The notes beneath the pieces are model-generated. The model did not search any database and was not told where the DNA came from. It worked only from the letters and a program-made list of their open reading frames with translations. Below, piece after piece: positions 1 through 11,196 of a DNA stretch of 64,000 bases (the first letter of the stretch is position 1; every line of letters begins with the position of its first letter). Made by a program: the position numbers and the translations under genes. The stretch is from assembly GCA_022705045.1 (NCBI GenBank), contig JAKJFE010000001.1:7909-71908 (forward strand), read 5' to 3'. The DNA is from Pseudomonadota bacterium (GTDB lineage Bacteria > Pseudomonadota > Gammaproteobacteria > Xanthomonadales > Ahniellaceae).

Positions 1-1027
1 GACCATGTCCTACACGCTGGACGTCTACCTCGGTCGCGCCAAGCCGACCCGGTCCTTCCTCGACTTCGCGCTGTTCGTCACCTTCTTCCCGCAACTCGTC
101 GCCGGCCCAATCGTGCGGCCGACCGACCTGGTGCCGCAGTTCGCGACTCCGCGGGTGGCCACGGCGCAGCAGTTCGGTTGGGGTCTGATGCTGATGGTGC
201 TGGGCCTGTTCGAGAAGATCGTGCTGGCGGACGGCGTGTTCGCACCGGTATCGGACAAGGCCTTCGGCAGCGCCGAGCTGCTGCACCCGCTCGATGCCTG
301 GATCGGCACCCTCGCTTTTTCCGGACAGATCTTCTGCGACTTCGCCGGCTACACGACCTGCGCCATCGGCATGTCGCTGGTGCTCGGCTTCGCCTTGCCT
401 GACAACTTCCGCTACCCGTACGCGGCGATCGGCTTCTCGGACTTCTGGCGGCGCTGGCACATCTCGCTGTCGACCTGGTTGCGCGACTACCTGTACGTGC
501 CGCTGGGTGGCAACCGCAACGGTGCCGCACGCACCTACGTCAACCTGATGTTGACCATGCTGCTCGGCGGCTTGTGGCATGGCGCCGCCTGGACCTTCGT
601 GGTCTGGGGCGGTCTGCACGGCAGTTATCTCGCCGCCGAACGCTGGTTGAAGCCGCGGCTCGGGCATCTGGCCGTGTGGCGGACGTGGTTGGGCCGTGTC
701 GCGTTGGCGGCCTTGACCTACTTCCTCGTGAACCTGACCTGGGTGTTCTTCCGTGCCCAGGATTTCGCGACCGCAGATCGCATGATCCGCAGCATGCTGC
801 TGCTCGATCGTGGTGGCGCGCCGGTCATGAGCACCTGGTTCCTGTTGAGCACCACGGTCGCGATCGGCGCCTTGCTGGTCGCGCACTGGCGCATGCGTGA
901 CCAGATGCTGCACGACGCCGTCTCACGCTGGCCGGCGGCCCTCGTCGGCAGCGCCTGGGGCGCGATGCTGTTCCTGATCGCCATCACCCAGGGAGGCGGC
1001 AATGCCTTCATCTACTTCCAGTTCTGA
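1..1027 (+). CDS. MBOAT-family membrane O-acyltransferase (AlgI/DltB-like), N-terminus cut by window edge
   Basis: ORF 5..1027 is open to base 1. Polytopic protein with MBOAT blocks FFPQLVAGPI, FWRRWHISLSTWLRDYLYVPLGGNR and LLGGLWHGAAW (conserved His). Confidence 0.9.
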   Translation, partial: TMSYTLDVYLGRAKPTRSFLDFALFVTFFPQLVAGPIVRPTDLVPQFATPRVATAQQFGWGLMLMVLGLFEKIVLADGVFAPVSDKAFGSAELLHPLDAWIGTLAFSGQIFCDFAGYTTCAIGMSLVLGFALPDNFRYPYAAIGFSDFWRRWHISLSTWLRDYLYVPLGGNRNGAARTYVNLMLTMLLGGLWHGAAWTFVVWGGLHGSYLAAERWLKPRLGHLAVWRTWLGRVALAALTYFLVNLTWVFFRAQDFATADRMIRSMLLLDRGGAPVMSTWFLLSTTVAIGALLVAHWRMRDQMLHDAVSRWPAALVGSAWGAMLFLIAITQGGGNAFIYFQF

Positions 1028-1061
1028 TCGCGAACGCCGTCTCGTCGATGGTGCGGCGTTG

Positions 1062-2156
1062 ATGCAGCCTGGTCAGCCCGGCGACGACACCGATGTCGTC
1101 GATGCCTATGTCGAGCGACCGTTGCCGAGCCTGTCGCTCGGCGTCGTCTGGGCCGTTGCTGCCTTCTTGGCGCTGGGTGCGCTTGCGACGTGGGAAGCGC
1201 ATTGGCGCGACTTCGGCGCCCGCCCCGGGTATCGCAACAGCGACGGCCAATGGACGATCCAGCGGCGCCGTATCGACCAAGGTGAACACGACGCGACCGT
1301 GGTCATCGGTTCCTCGCGCCTGCTGTTCGATGTGCAACTCGATGCATGGCAGCAGGCCACCGGCACACGCCCGATCCAGCTCGCGCTTGAAGGCACCTCG
1401 CCGATGAATGTGCTCGAGGATCTGGCTCAGGACGAGGAATTCCGCGGCAAGCTCATGGTCGGTGTGACGCCTGGCCTGTTCTTCAGCGGGCGTGGCTTCC
1501 GTCACGGTGTCGTCGAGTACGCGTACGCGGAAACCCTGTCGCAGCGCGCCAGCGAATGGCTGTCGATGCGTTTTCTGGAGCCGAACCTGGCCTACTACAG
1601 CGACGCCGACTTCGCGCTGTTCACCGTGCTCAAACGCCAGCCGTGGCCGTCACGCGACGGCGTGCGCGAGCGCGTTGCGGTGCGCAAGTTGCAGGAGAGC
1701 GGCGCCGATCGCGCCAGCTGGATGTGGGACAAGGTCGAGCACGACCCGGAATACCTCGCCCTGGTGCAGTCGATCTGGATGCAGAACTTCATGCCGCCGA
1801 TGACCGACCCCGCCAAGATCGAAGCGCACTGGCAGACGGTCGATGCACAGATCGCGCGTGCGACCGCTGCAGTGAAGGCGCTGCGTGCGCGCGGTGTGTC
1901 CGTGGTCTTCGTGCGTGCGCCGAGCAGCGGACCCTATCTCGACAACGAGCGCCGCGACTTCCCTCGCGAACGCACCTGGGACGTGTTGCTCGAACGCAGC
2001 GGCGCGCCGGGCGTCCACTTCGAAGACCACGTCGAGCTGCAGGGACTGACTACGCCGGAGTGGTCACATCTCAACCGCGCCGATGCGGAGAAGTTCACGC
2101 GGGCACTGGCGGCCATCATCGAGCGTGACGGTCTCTGGCGGACCGCGTCGCCCTGA
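1062..2156 (+). CDS. hypothetical single-pass periplasmic protein, probable acyl-transfer partner of the MBOAT (DltD/AlgJ-like position)
   Basis: ORF 1002..2156 abuts/overlaps the MBOAT stop. N-terminal TM LGVVWAVAAFLALGALATW. VVIGSSRLLFD resembles an SGNH/DltD block I. Start uncertain (ATG 1002 or 1062). Confidence 0.55.
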   Translation: MQPGQPGDDTDVVDAYVERPLPSLSLGVVWAVAAFLALGALATWEAHWRDFGARPGYRNSDGQWTIQRRRIDQGEHDATVVIGSSRLLFDVQLDAWQQATGTRPIQLALEGTSPMNVLEDLAQDEEFRGKLMVGVTPGLFFSGRGFRHGVVEYAYAETLSQRASEWLSMRFLEPNLAYYSDADFALFTVLKRQPWPSRDGVRERVAVRKLQESGADRASWMWDKVEHDPEYLALVQSIWMQNFMPPMTDPAKIEAHWQTVDAQIARATAAVKALRARGVSVVFVRAPSSGPYLDNERRDFPRERTWDVLLERSGAPGVHFEDHVELQGLTTPEWSHLNRADAEKFTRALAAIIERDGLWRTASP

Positions 2157-2159
2157 CGG

Positions 2160-3323
2160 TCAGGGCGGCGCGACCAGTCCGTGCCGTGCGAACAGGCGCT
2201 GACGCTGTGAGGGTTGCGCGTTGATGCGTGCCGGGTCGCGGTTCACCATGGCAACCAGACGCGGGTCCATCACCCGGAACCACAGTGCCGGCACGTAGGA
2301 CAGCAGGAACATGCCGAAATAGCCGGTCGGCAACTGCGGCGCTTCGTCGAAGTGGCGCAGGCACTGGTAGCGCCGGGTCGCGTTGGCGTGATGGTCGGAA
2401 TGGCGCTGCAGATGGAACAGCGCCCAGTTCGACACGAGGTGGTTGCTGTTCCAGGAATGCTCGGGCCTGCACGGTTCGTAGCGACCATTCGGCAGGCGCT
2501 GGCGGGCGATGCCGTAGTGCTCGATGTAGTTGGCGCTGGTGAGCTGGAAGTTGGCCCAGAACGATGCCGCGATCAGGAACGGCAACACGCCGACACCGAG
2601 CCATGCGATCAGCACCGCCCACAGCGCCAGCGAGATCAGTGTGGTCTGCACGATGTCGTTGTGCAGACTGAAGCGCGAGCGGCCCAGCGATTGCATGCGT
2701 TCACGCTCCAACCGCCAGGCGCGTCGCAGCGCGCCGGGCATTTCGCGCAGCAGGAAGGCGTAGATCGACTCGCCCAGGCGCGATGAGGCCGGGTCGTCGG
2801 GTGTCGCCACATCGCGGTGGTGGCCGCGGTTGTGTTCGACATGGAAATGCCCGTACCAGGTCGGTGCCAGCACGAGCTTGGCTAGCCATCGCTCGAAGGC
2901 GCCGCGCTTGTGCCCGAGTTCGTGGCCGATGTTGATGCAGAAACCGCCGACCACGCCGGTCGCGATCGTCACCGCCAGCATGCCGTGCCACGGCAATGCG
3001 TGGCGTGCGACGAACCAGGCCGCGAACACGAAGGCGATCCACAGCAGCGGCACCATCATCCACGCGATCACCCGGTAATACGGATCGGCATCGAGTTCCG
3101 GCATCACCGCATCCGGCGGATTGCTGCGGTCTTCGCCGACGACCAGATCGGCGATGGGCAAGCCGATGTAGACGAGCAGCACCGGCAGCCACAGCGTCCA
3201 GACCTCGGCGCTCGCGAGATAGAGCAGCGGACCAGCCGCAGCGAGCAGAGGCACCGCCATCGACAACAGCCAAGTGGCGCGTTTGCGATCGCGATAGGGA
3301 ACGGACTCGACGATGGCGTTCAT
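2160..3323 (-). CDS. alkB: alkane 1-monooxygenase / integral-membrane fatty-acid-desaturase-family hydroxylase
   Basis: ORF 2160..3395, start taken at MNAIVES. His boxes HELGHK, EHNRGHH and LQRHSDHH plus NYIEHYG. Several TM helices. Confidence 0.85.
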   Translation of the reverse strand: MNAIVESVPYRDRKRATWLLSMAVPLLAAAGPLLYLASAEVWTLWLPVLLVYIGLPIADLVVGEDRSNPPDAVMPELDADPYYRVIAWMMVPLLWIAFVFAAWFVARHALPWHGMLAVTIATGVVGGFCINIGHELGHKRGAFERWLAKLVLAPTWYGHFHVEHNRGHHRDVATPDDPASSRLGESIYAFLLREMPGALRRAWRLERERMQSLGRSRFSLHNDIVQTTLISLALWAVLIAWLGVGVLPFLIAASFWANFQLTSANYIEHYGIARQRLPNGRYEPCRPEHSWNSNHLVSNWALFHLQRHSDHHANATRRYQCLRHFDEAPQLPTGYFGMFLLSYVPALWFRVMDPRLVAMVNRDPARINAQPSQRQRLFARHGLVAPP

Positions 3324-3481
3324 GATGGGCTCGCAGGGCGGGATGCCAGCAGTCTGCGCGGGACGAAGGCGCCGGAACACCGACGCATCCGCCAATGATT
3401 CGTCATTTTCTGCCAGATCCGCTTGCCGCTGACGCGTGCGCCGCGCATGATCGCCCGCAGTTCCCCGTCGGAGTGCGCGTC

Positions 3482-3661
3482 ATGGACATGAGCAACGGTT
3501 CCTATTTCGTCGGCTGGGGCACCCTGTCCCTGGTCAATGCCGGACTGGCCCAGGGCAAGGGCCGCAGCGGTCTGAGCTGGTGGCTGATCTCGCTGCTGCT
3601 CGGTCCGGTGGCGACCTTCCTGATCGTCTTCCTCGATCCGGTCGCGAAGAAGACGGACTGA
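3482..3661 (+). CDS. small two-TM membrane protein (59 aa), hypothetical
   Basis: Inner start MDMSNGSYFVGWG of ORF 3395..3661. Two hydrophobic helices. Stop lies 5 nt before the AraC-family gene start. Confidence 0.45.
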   Translation: MDMSNGSYFVGWGTLSLVNAGLAQGKGRSGLSWWLISLLLGPVATFLIVFLDPVAKKTD

Positions 3662-3666
3662 GCACG

Positions 3667-4731
3667 ATGCGCGCCGGCCTGCGTCGCGACACGACCACGG
3701 GCGACAGCGCACCCGCGTTCCATCCGGTGTATCTGCGCGTGCTGGGTGCGGTGCTGGCGCGACGCGGCATCGATGCGCCGGCACTGACGCGCCCACCGGC
3801 GGGTGCCGCGGACGACGACGCCATGGTGCCGCTGACGCCCGCGCGCGAGCTGATGACGGCTGCGATGGCCGCGACCGCGACGCCCTGGCTCGGTCTCGAA
3901 CTCGGCGCCGCCGCACAAACGCATACGCATGGGCTGGTCGGCAGTGCGGCCTTCGCGAGCGAGACGCTGGACGCCGCCCTGAAGACGATCGCGCGTTACG
4001 CCTCATTGCGGACGCGTGCGCTCGACTTCGGATGGCGGACGACACGGGGCGGCGGCGAACTCGTCATCACGACGGTGCTGGATCTCGGTCCGGTGCGCGG
4101 ATTCGTCTTCGACGCCATGCTGGTGATCGTCGAACGCGTCCTGCAGTCCTTGTCCGGACAGTCGCTCGCTGCGGCGACGTACTGCCTGCCCGGTCCGGCG
4201 CCGGAATGGCGAGAACGCTATCGAGATCATCTCGAAGGTGACGTCGTGTTCGGGCGCGGCGATCGTCTGCGCATGCAGTTTCCGGCCGCACTGTTGTCGA
4301 CGCCTTGTCTCACCGCCGACGCGACCGGCCACGCGCGTGCCGCCGAAGCCTGCGCACGCCTGCTCGACGCGCAACAGCAAGATCGCGGCATCGGCGAACG
4401 CGTGCGCATGCGGCTCGCGGCCAGTGCCGATGTGTTGCCGGATGCCGTCGAGCTGGCCGCACACCTGCACCTGTCGCCACGCAGCCTGCACCGCCACCTC
4501 GCCGCCGAAGGCCTGGGCCTGCGCACTCTCTACGACGAACTGCGCAGCGAACGCGCGCGTTGCTGGCTGCGCGACACCGACCTGTCGGTCGAACGCATCG
4601 CCGAACGCCTGGGCTACGCCGAGGCCAGCAACTTCGCCCGCTGCTTCAAACGCTGGACGGGCCTGACGCCGCGTCAGTATCGCCAGCAACAGCCGCTCAG
4701 GGGCCATCGGGATTCAGGCTCGGCCCGCTAG
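3667..4731 (+). CDS. AraC/XylS-family transcriptional regulator (AlkR-like position, divergent from alkB)
   Basis: C-terminal dual HTH: SPRSLHRHLAAEGLGLRTLYDELRSERARCWL...ERIAERLGYAEASNFARCFKRWTGLTPRQYR. Start at MRAGL inside ORF 3580..4731. Confidence 0.85.
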   Translation: MRAGLRRDTTTGDSAPAFHPVYLRVLGAVLARRGIDAPALTRPPAGAADDDAMVPLTPARELMTAAMAATATPWLGLELGAAAQTHTHGLVGSAAFASETLDAALKTIARYASLRTRALDFGWRTTRGGGELVITTVLDLGPVRGFVFDAMLVIVERVLQSLSGQSLAAATYCLPGPAPEWRERYRDHLEGDVVFGRGDRLRMQFPAALLSTPCLTADATGHARAAEACARLLDAQQQDRGIGERVRMRLAASADVLPDAVELAAHLHLSPRSLHRHLAAEGLGLRTLYDELRSERARCWLRDTDLSVERIAERLGYAEASNFARCFKRWTGLTPRQYRQQQPLRGHRDSGSAR

Positions 4732-4740
4732 ACTACGCCC

Positions 4741-6621
4741 ATGCTCAGTTTCTCCAATCTTCGCCTGCGGCGTGGTCCGCGGGTGCTCATCGATGGTTTG
4801 TCCGCGACCATCCACCGTGGCCAGCGTGTCGGTTTCGTCGGCCGCAACGGCACCGGCAAGTCCAGCCTGTTCGCGATGATCCTCGGCGAGTTGCAGCCCG
4901 ACCAGGGCGATGTCTCCGTGCCCAAGAACCTGTCGATCGCGACGGTGGCGCAGGAAATGCCGCACACCGACCAGTCGGCGATCGAATACGTGCTCGATGG
5001 CGACGCCGAACTGCGCGCGGTCGAGGCGGCGCTGACCGAGGCCGAGATCGTGCACGACGCCGATGCCATCGCCCATGGTCACGAACGCCTGCATGCGATC
5101 GGCGGGTATGCAGCCTCGGCGCGCGCGGCGCGCATGCTCGATGGTCTCGGCTTCAAGCCCGACCAGATCACCCATCCGGTCAATTCGTTTTCGGGTGGCT
5201 GGCGCATGCGTCTGAACCTGGCGCGGGTGCTGATGACGCGTGCCGATCTGATGCTGCTCGACGAACCGACCAACCATCTCGACATCGACGCCGTGGTCTG
5301 GTTGCAGAACTGGCTGCTGGCCTACGAAGGCACGCTGCTGACGATTTCGCACGACCGCGAATTTCTCGACGCGATCTGCACGCATACGCTGCACCTGGCG
5401 GAACTGAAAGCGACCCTGTACACCGGCAACTACTCGCAGTTCGAAAAGCTGCGCGCCGAACTCATGGCGCAACAGGCGGCGATCTCGGCGGCGCAGCAGC
5501 GCACCATCGCGCACCTGCAGAGCTTCGTCGACCGCTTCAAGGCCAGCGCCGCGAAGGCGCGCCTGGCGCAGTCGCGCGTGAAGATGATTGAACGCATCAA
5601 GCTCGTTGCGCCGGTCGTCGCCGACAGCGAATTCAGCTTCGACTTCCCGGCGCCTGACAAGCTGCCGTCGCCGCTGATCCGCCTGCACGATGCCGCCGTC
5701 GGTTACGGCGATCGCACCGTGTTGTCCGGCATCAAGCTCAGCATCGAACCGGGGCAGCGCATCGGCCTGGTCGGCCCGAACGGCGAGGGCAAGTCGACAC
5801 TGGTGAAACTGCTGGCCGGCCAACTGGACATCCGCGCCGGCGAGATGACGCGTCATCCCGACCTGCGCGTCGGTTACTTCGCCCAGCACCAACTGGAGCA
5901 GCTCAACCCGGACGCGTCGCCGCTCGAACACTTCAAGGAACTCGATCCGAAGAAGGGCGAACAGGAACTGCGCAGCGTGCTCGGCGGCTTCAATTTCGTC
6001 GGCGACCGCGTGTTCGAGAAGGTCGGGCCGTTCTCCGGTGGCGAGAAGGCGCGCCTGTCGCTGGCGATGGTCGTGTATCGCAAGCCGAACCTGCTGCTGC
6101 TCGACGAACCGACCAATCATCTCGATCTCGACATGCGCCAGGCGCTGGAGATCGCGTTGTCGGATTTCGACGGGGCCGTGGTCCTGGTCTCGCATGACCG
6201 TCACCTCGTGGGTGCGACCTGCGACCAGCTGGTGCGCGTCTGCGACGGCGTCGTCGCCGAGTTCGACGGCGATCTCGATGCCTATGCGAAATGGCTGAGC
6301 GCGCGCGGCAACACCTCGCGCAATGACGGCGGTGCCGCGAAGCCGTCGTCCGAGAAATCGGCGCGCCAGAACGACAAGGCCGCGAAGAAGCAGGAGCGTG
6401 CGTTGCGCGAAGCGCTGAAACAGGCCGAAGCCGAGATGGAACAGCTGCAGAAGGCGATGCAGCAGGCCGATGCCGAAGTCGCCGCGCCCGGCTTCTTCAA
6501 CCAGGACAAGTTCAAGGTGCTGGCCGCGACCCAGCGCCAGACCGAGGCACGCCGCAAGCTCGACGAGGCCGAGGCGCGCTGGCTCGCCGCGGCGGAAGCG
6601 GTCGAGGCCCTGGCGGGCTAA
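4741..6621 (+). CDS. yheS: ABC-F family ATPase (YheS-like), two ABC domains plus C-terminal coiled coil
   Basis: Two Walker A motifs (GRNGTGKSS, GPNGEGKST), two LSGG signatures (FSGGWRMR, FSGGEKAR), no TM domain. N-terminus resembles E. coli YheS. Confidence 0.85.
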   Translation: MLSFSNLRLRRGPRVLIDGLSATIHRGQRVGFVGRNGTGKSSLFAMILGELQPDQGDVSVPKNLSIATVAQEMPHTDQSAIEYVLDGDAELRAVEAALTEAEIVHDADAIAHGHERLHAIGGYAASARAARMLDGLGFKPDQITHPVNSFSGGWRMRLNLARVLMTRADLMLLDEPTNHLDIDAVVWLQNWLLAYEGTLLTISHDREFLDAICTHTLHLAELKATLYTGNYSQFEKLRAELMAQQAAISAAQQRTIAHLQSFVDRFKASAAKARLAQSRVKMIERIKLVAPVVADSEFSFDFPAPDKLPSPLIRLHDAAVGYGDRTVLSGIKLSIEPGQRIGLVGPNGEGKSTLVKLLAGQLDIRAGEMTRHPDLRVGYFAQHQLEQLNPDASPLEHFKELDPKKGEQELRSVLGGFNFVGDRVFEKVGPFSGGEKARLSLAMVVYRKPNLLLLDEPTNHLDLDMRQALEIALSDFDGAVVLVSHDRHLVGATCDQLVRVCDGVVAEFDGDLDAYAKWLSARGNTSRNDGGAAKPSSEKSARQNDKAAKKQERALREALKQAEAEMEQLQKAMQQADAEVAAPGFFNQDKFKVLAATQRQTEARRKLDEAEARWLAAAEAVEALAG

Positions 6622-7550
6622 GGCCTCGCGACGAACGGATGCGTGGCCTTCCAGTGCCGCGCGATGTCGATGCGCCGGCACACCCAGACCTGCTCGTGTT
6701 TCGCGATGTGGTCGAGAAAACGCTGCAACGCGACGATGCGGCCCGGTCGACCGAGCAGACGGCAATGCATGCCGATCGACATCATGCGCGGCGTCTCCGC
6801 GCCTTCCGCGTACAACGCGTCGAAGCTGTCGCGCAGGTAGTCGAAGAAGTGCGCCGCGGTGTTGAAGCCCTGCGGCGTCGCGAAGCGCATGTCATTCGTG
6901 TCCAGCGTGTACGGCACGACCAGATGCGGTTTGCGTGAACCGTCGGCCAGTTCGACCTCGGTCCAGAACGGCAGGTCGTCGCCATAGTAGTCGCTGTCGT
7001 AGTCGAATCCGCCGTGTTCGACGACGAGGCGACGCGTGTTCGGTGAATCGCGGCCGGTGTACCAGCCGAGCGGCGCGGCGCCCGTGAGGTCACGCTGGAT
7101 CGCGATGGCGCGCTCGAGGTGCTCGCGCTCCACGTCCTCGGGAATGTTCTGGTAGTGGATCCAGCGCCAGCCGTGCGAGGCGATCTCGTGCCCGAGTTCG
7201 ACGCAGGCCTGCACGAACTCGGGATGGCGCTGCATCGCCATCGCGACACCGAACACCGTCAGCGGCAGGCCGCGGCGTTCGAACTCGCGCAGGATGCGCC
7301 AACCGCCGACGCGCGATCCGTATTCGTAGATCGACTCCATGCTCAGGTGCCGATCGGGATAACTCGCCGCACCGATGATCTCGGACAGGAATTGCTCCGA
7401 GCCGCCGTCGCCATGCAGCACGCAGTTTTCTCCGCCTTCCTCGTAATTCAGCACGAACTGCACGGCGATGCGTGCACCCTTCGGCCATTGCGCCTGCGGC
7501 GGGTTGCGGCCGTAGCCGATGAGGTCGCGGGGATAACGGGTCGTGTCCAT
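6618..7550 (-). CDS. puuE: PuuE-type allantoinase / polysaccharide deacetylase family protein
   Basis: N-terminus YPRDLIGYGRNPPQAQWPKGARIAVQFVLNYEEGGENCVLHGD and SHGWRWIHYQ closely follow the PuuE pattern. Confidence 0.8.
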   Translation of the reverse strand: MDTTRYPRDLIGYGRNPPQAQWPKGARIAVQFVLNYEEGGENCVLHGDGGSEQFLSEIIGAASYPDRHLSMESIYEYGSRVGGWRILREFERRGLPLTVFGVAMAMQRHPEFVQACVELGHEIASHGWRWIHYQNIPEDVEREHLERAIAIQRDLTGAAPLGWYTGRDSPNTRRLVVEHGGFDYDSDYYGDDLPFWTEVELADGSRKPHLVVPYTLDTNDMRFATPQGFNTAAHFFDYLRDSFDALYAEGAETPRMMSIGMHCRLLGRPGRIVALQRFLDHIAKHEQVWVCRRIDIARHWKATHPFVARP

Positions 7551-7576
7551 GTCCTAGTGTCGCGACCCGCCGGTCA

Positions 7577-9748
<2,172 letters not shown>

Positions 9749-9903
9749 CGGGAAGTCTTTCGGAGCCGGGACGGCAGTCTAGCGGTGTGTTCCACAGGCC
9801 GATTCGTCGGCGGAAACATCGTGTCCGGGCGGCTCCCGGAGCGGATTCTGAGTGAGTATCGAGAAATGGGTGTCAACGCATTGATTGGATTGGATAATCA
9901 CCC

Positions 9904-9938
9904 TTATCCACATCTTCTGTGGATAACTGTGTGGATCG
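9904..9938. promoter_or_regulatory. cluster of three DnaA boxes: TTATCCACA (9904-9912), TGTGGATAA (9918-9926), TGTGGATCG (9930-9938)
   Basis: The first two boxes are perfect 9-mers in opposite orientation. The third is 7/9 and co-oriented with the second. They lie in an AT-rich pocket of the 480-bp priA/sigma intergenic region. An IHF-like AATCAATGCGTTG sits on the minus strand at 9874-9886. Confidence 0.6.
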
Positions 9939-10170
9939 AGCATCCAACAAACCCGCCCGAGCGCGCCACGGCGCGGCCTGCGGCCAGCCCGGTCAAAAAC
10001 TAGCCACATCGCTATATGCTTTCAAATCAAAGAGTTGCGAAGTCGTCGTCGGCAACGGAAGGTCACGGCCTGGCCACGTGACAGCGACTTGACAAGCTTT
10101 CCGGCGCCTGTGAACTACGCCGCAAACCGGGGCCGAGCAGAAATGCGGCGGAGCGGCTGATTCGACCCCT

Positions 10171-10197
10171 GTCAACCGTTTTTCCCGAGCCGCGTTT
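10171..10197 (+). promoter_or_regulatory. possible ECF-type promoter (GTCAAC-N16-CGTTT) upstream of the sigma gene
   Basis: AAC...CGT spacing of 16 nt, about 35 nt upstream of the ATG at 10230. Pattern match only. Confidence 0.3.
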
Positions 10198-10229
10198 CCT
10201 GCCGACGAGTTCCCCCGACCGCGCCTACA

Positions 10230-10847
10230 ATGACCCCGACCCTGGCGATGCACTGGATGGACAGCGACCGCCCCGCGACCCCGCGTGCCGGTACGCCGGC
10301 CGCCCGCAACCACGATGCGCTGGACGCCTTCCTGCGCGGCATCGAGCGGTGCGCATTGCGCATCGCCGAGCTGTCCGTGGGCGGGCGCGAAGACGCGCTC
10401 GACATCGTCCAGGACTGCATGCTGACCTTCGTGCGCAACTATCGCGACAAACCCGCCGCCGACTGGGCGCCGCTGTTCCATCGCGTGCTCGACAGCCGCG
10501 TGCTCGACTTCCATCGCCGGCACCAGGTGCGGTCGCGCTGGCTGGGCTGGATCGATCGCCTGGTCGGGCGCGACGAGATCGACGAAGACCCGCTCGCGAA
10601 CGTCGCCGATACCCACGCGGCACAACCCTGGCAGGCGGTGGCGGACGGCGAAACCGCCGACGCCCTCGACGCCGCCTTGCGTGCCTTGCCGAACCGACAG
10701 CGACAAGCCTTCCTGCTGCGCATCTGGGAAGGGCTCGACGTCGCCGACACGGCGCGCGCGATGGCCTGCAGCGAGGGCAGCGTCAAGACCCATCTGTCGC
10801 GCGCGATGACGGCATTGCGCGCGCAACTGGAGCATCATCATGGCTGA
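10230..10847 (+). CDS. ECF (sigma-70 family, group 4) RNA polymerase sigma factor
   Basis: Region 2 (DIVQDCMLTFVRNY...W) and region 4 (LPNRQRQAFLLRIWEGLDVADTARAMACSEGSVKTHLSRA). Confidence 0.9.
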   Translation: MTPTLAMHWMDSDRPATPRAGTPAARNHDALDAFLRGIERCALRIAELSVGGREDALDIVQDCMLTFVRNYRDKPAADWAPLFHRVLDSRVLDFHRRHQVRSRWLGWIDRLVGRDEIDEDPLANVADTHAAQPWQAVADGETADALDAALRALPNRQRQAFLLRIWEGLDVADTARAMACSEGSVKTHLSRAMTALRAQLEHHHG

Positions 10848-11196
10848 ACACGACGAGGACCCGTGGACCGAACGCATCCGCCAGCAGCTCGACCATTCGG
10901 CCCGCGATCTGGATGCGGCGACCTTGTCGCGGCTGAATCAGGCGCGGCAGGCGGCCCTGCAGGCGGCACGATCACCGAAGCCGCGGCCGTGGTTGTGGCC
11001 GACGGCGATGGCGACCGCGTGTTCGCTGGCGCTGGCCGTCGCGATCTGGCCACGCGTGGTGCCGCAGCCGGTGCCGGCGCCGACGAACGCAGCGCAGCCC
11101 GAGGACTTCACGATGCTGGCCGGCGACGAACAGCTCGATCTGTATCAGGAGCTCGACTTCTATGCCTGGCTGGATGCGCAGCCGCAATCGGGTTGA
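10840..11196 (+). CDS. DUF3619-like protein (putative anti-sigma/accessory factor)
   Basis: Overlaps the sigma stop by 8 nt. Single TM WLWPTAMATACSLALAVAIW. The position after this ECF class is typical of DUF3619. Confidence 0.65.
   Translation: MAEHDEDPWTERIRQQLDHSARDLDAATLSRLNQARQAALQAARSPKPRPWLWPTAMATACSLALAVAIWPRVVPQPVPAPTNAAQPEDFTMLAGDEQLDLYQELDFYAWLDAQPQSG

Noticed and set aside
9840-10030. The DnaA-box cluster as the chromosomal origin oriC.
   Set aside because: There are only three boxes, no obvious 13-mer-type unwinding repeats, and no dnaA, dnaN, gidA, rpmH or parAB genes nearby. A regulatory or DARS/datA-type role is more plausible.
10080-10130. TTGACA ... TGAACT pair and the nearby hairpin GTCACG-N9-CGTGAC (about 10063-10083) as a promoter or sRNA in the priA/sigma intergenic region.
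   Set aside because: The -10 element is poor, no convincing terminator follows, and no conserved RNA family is recognisable. Evidence is insufficient for an ncRNA call.
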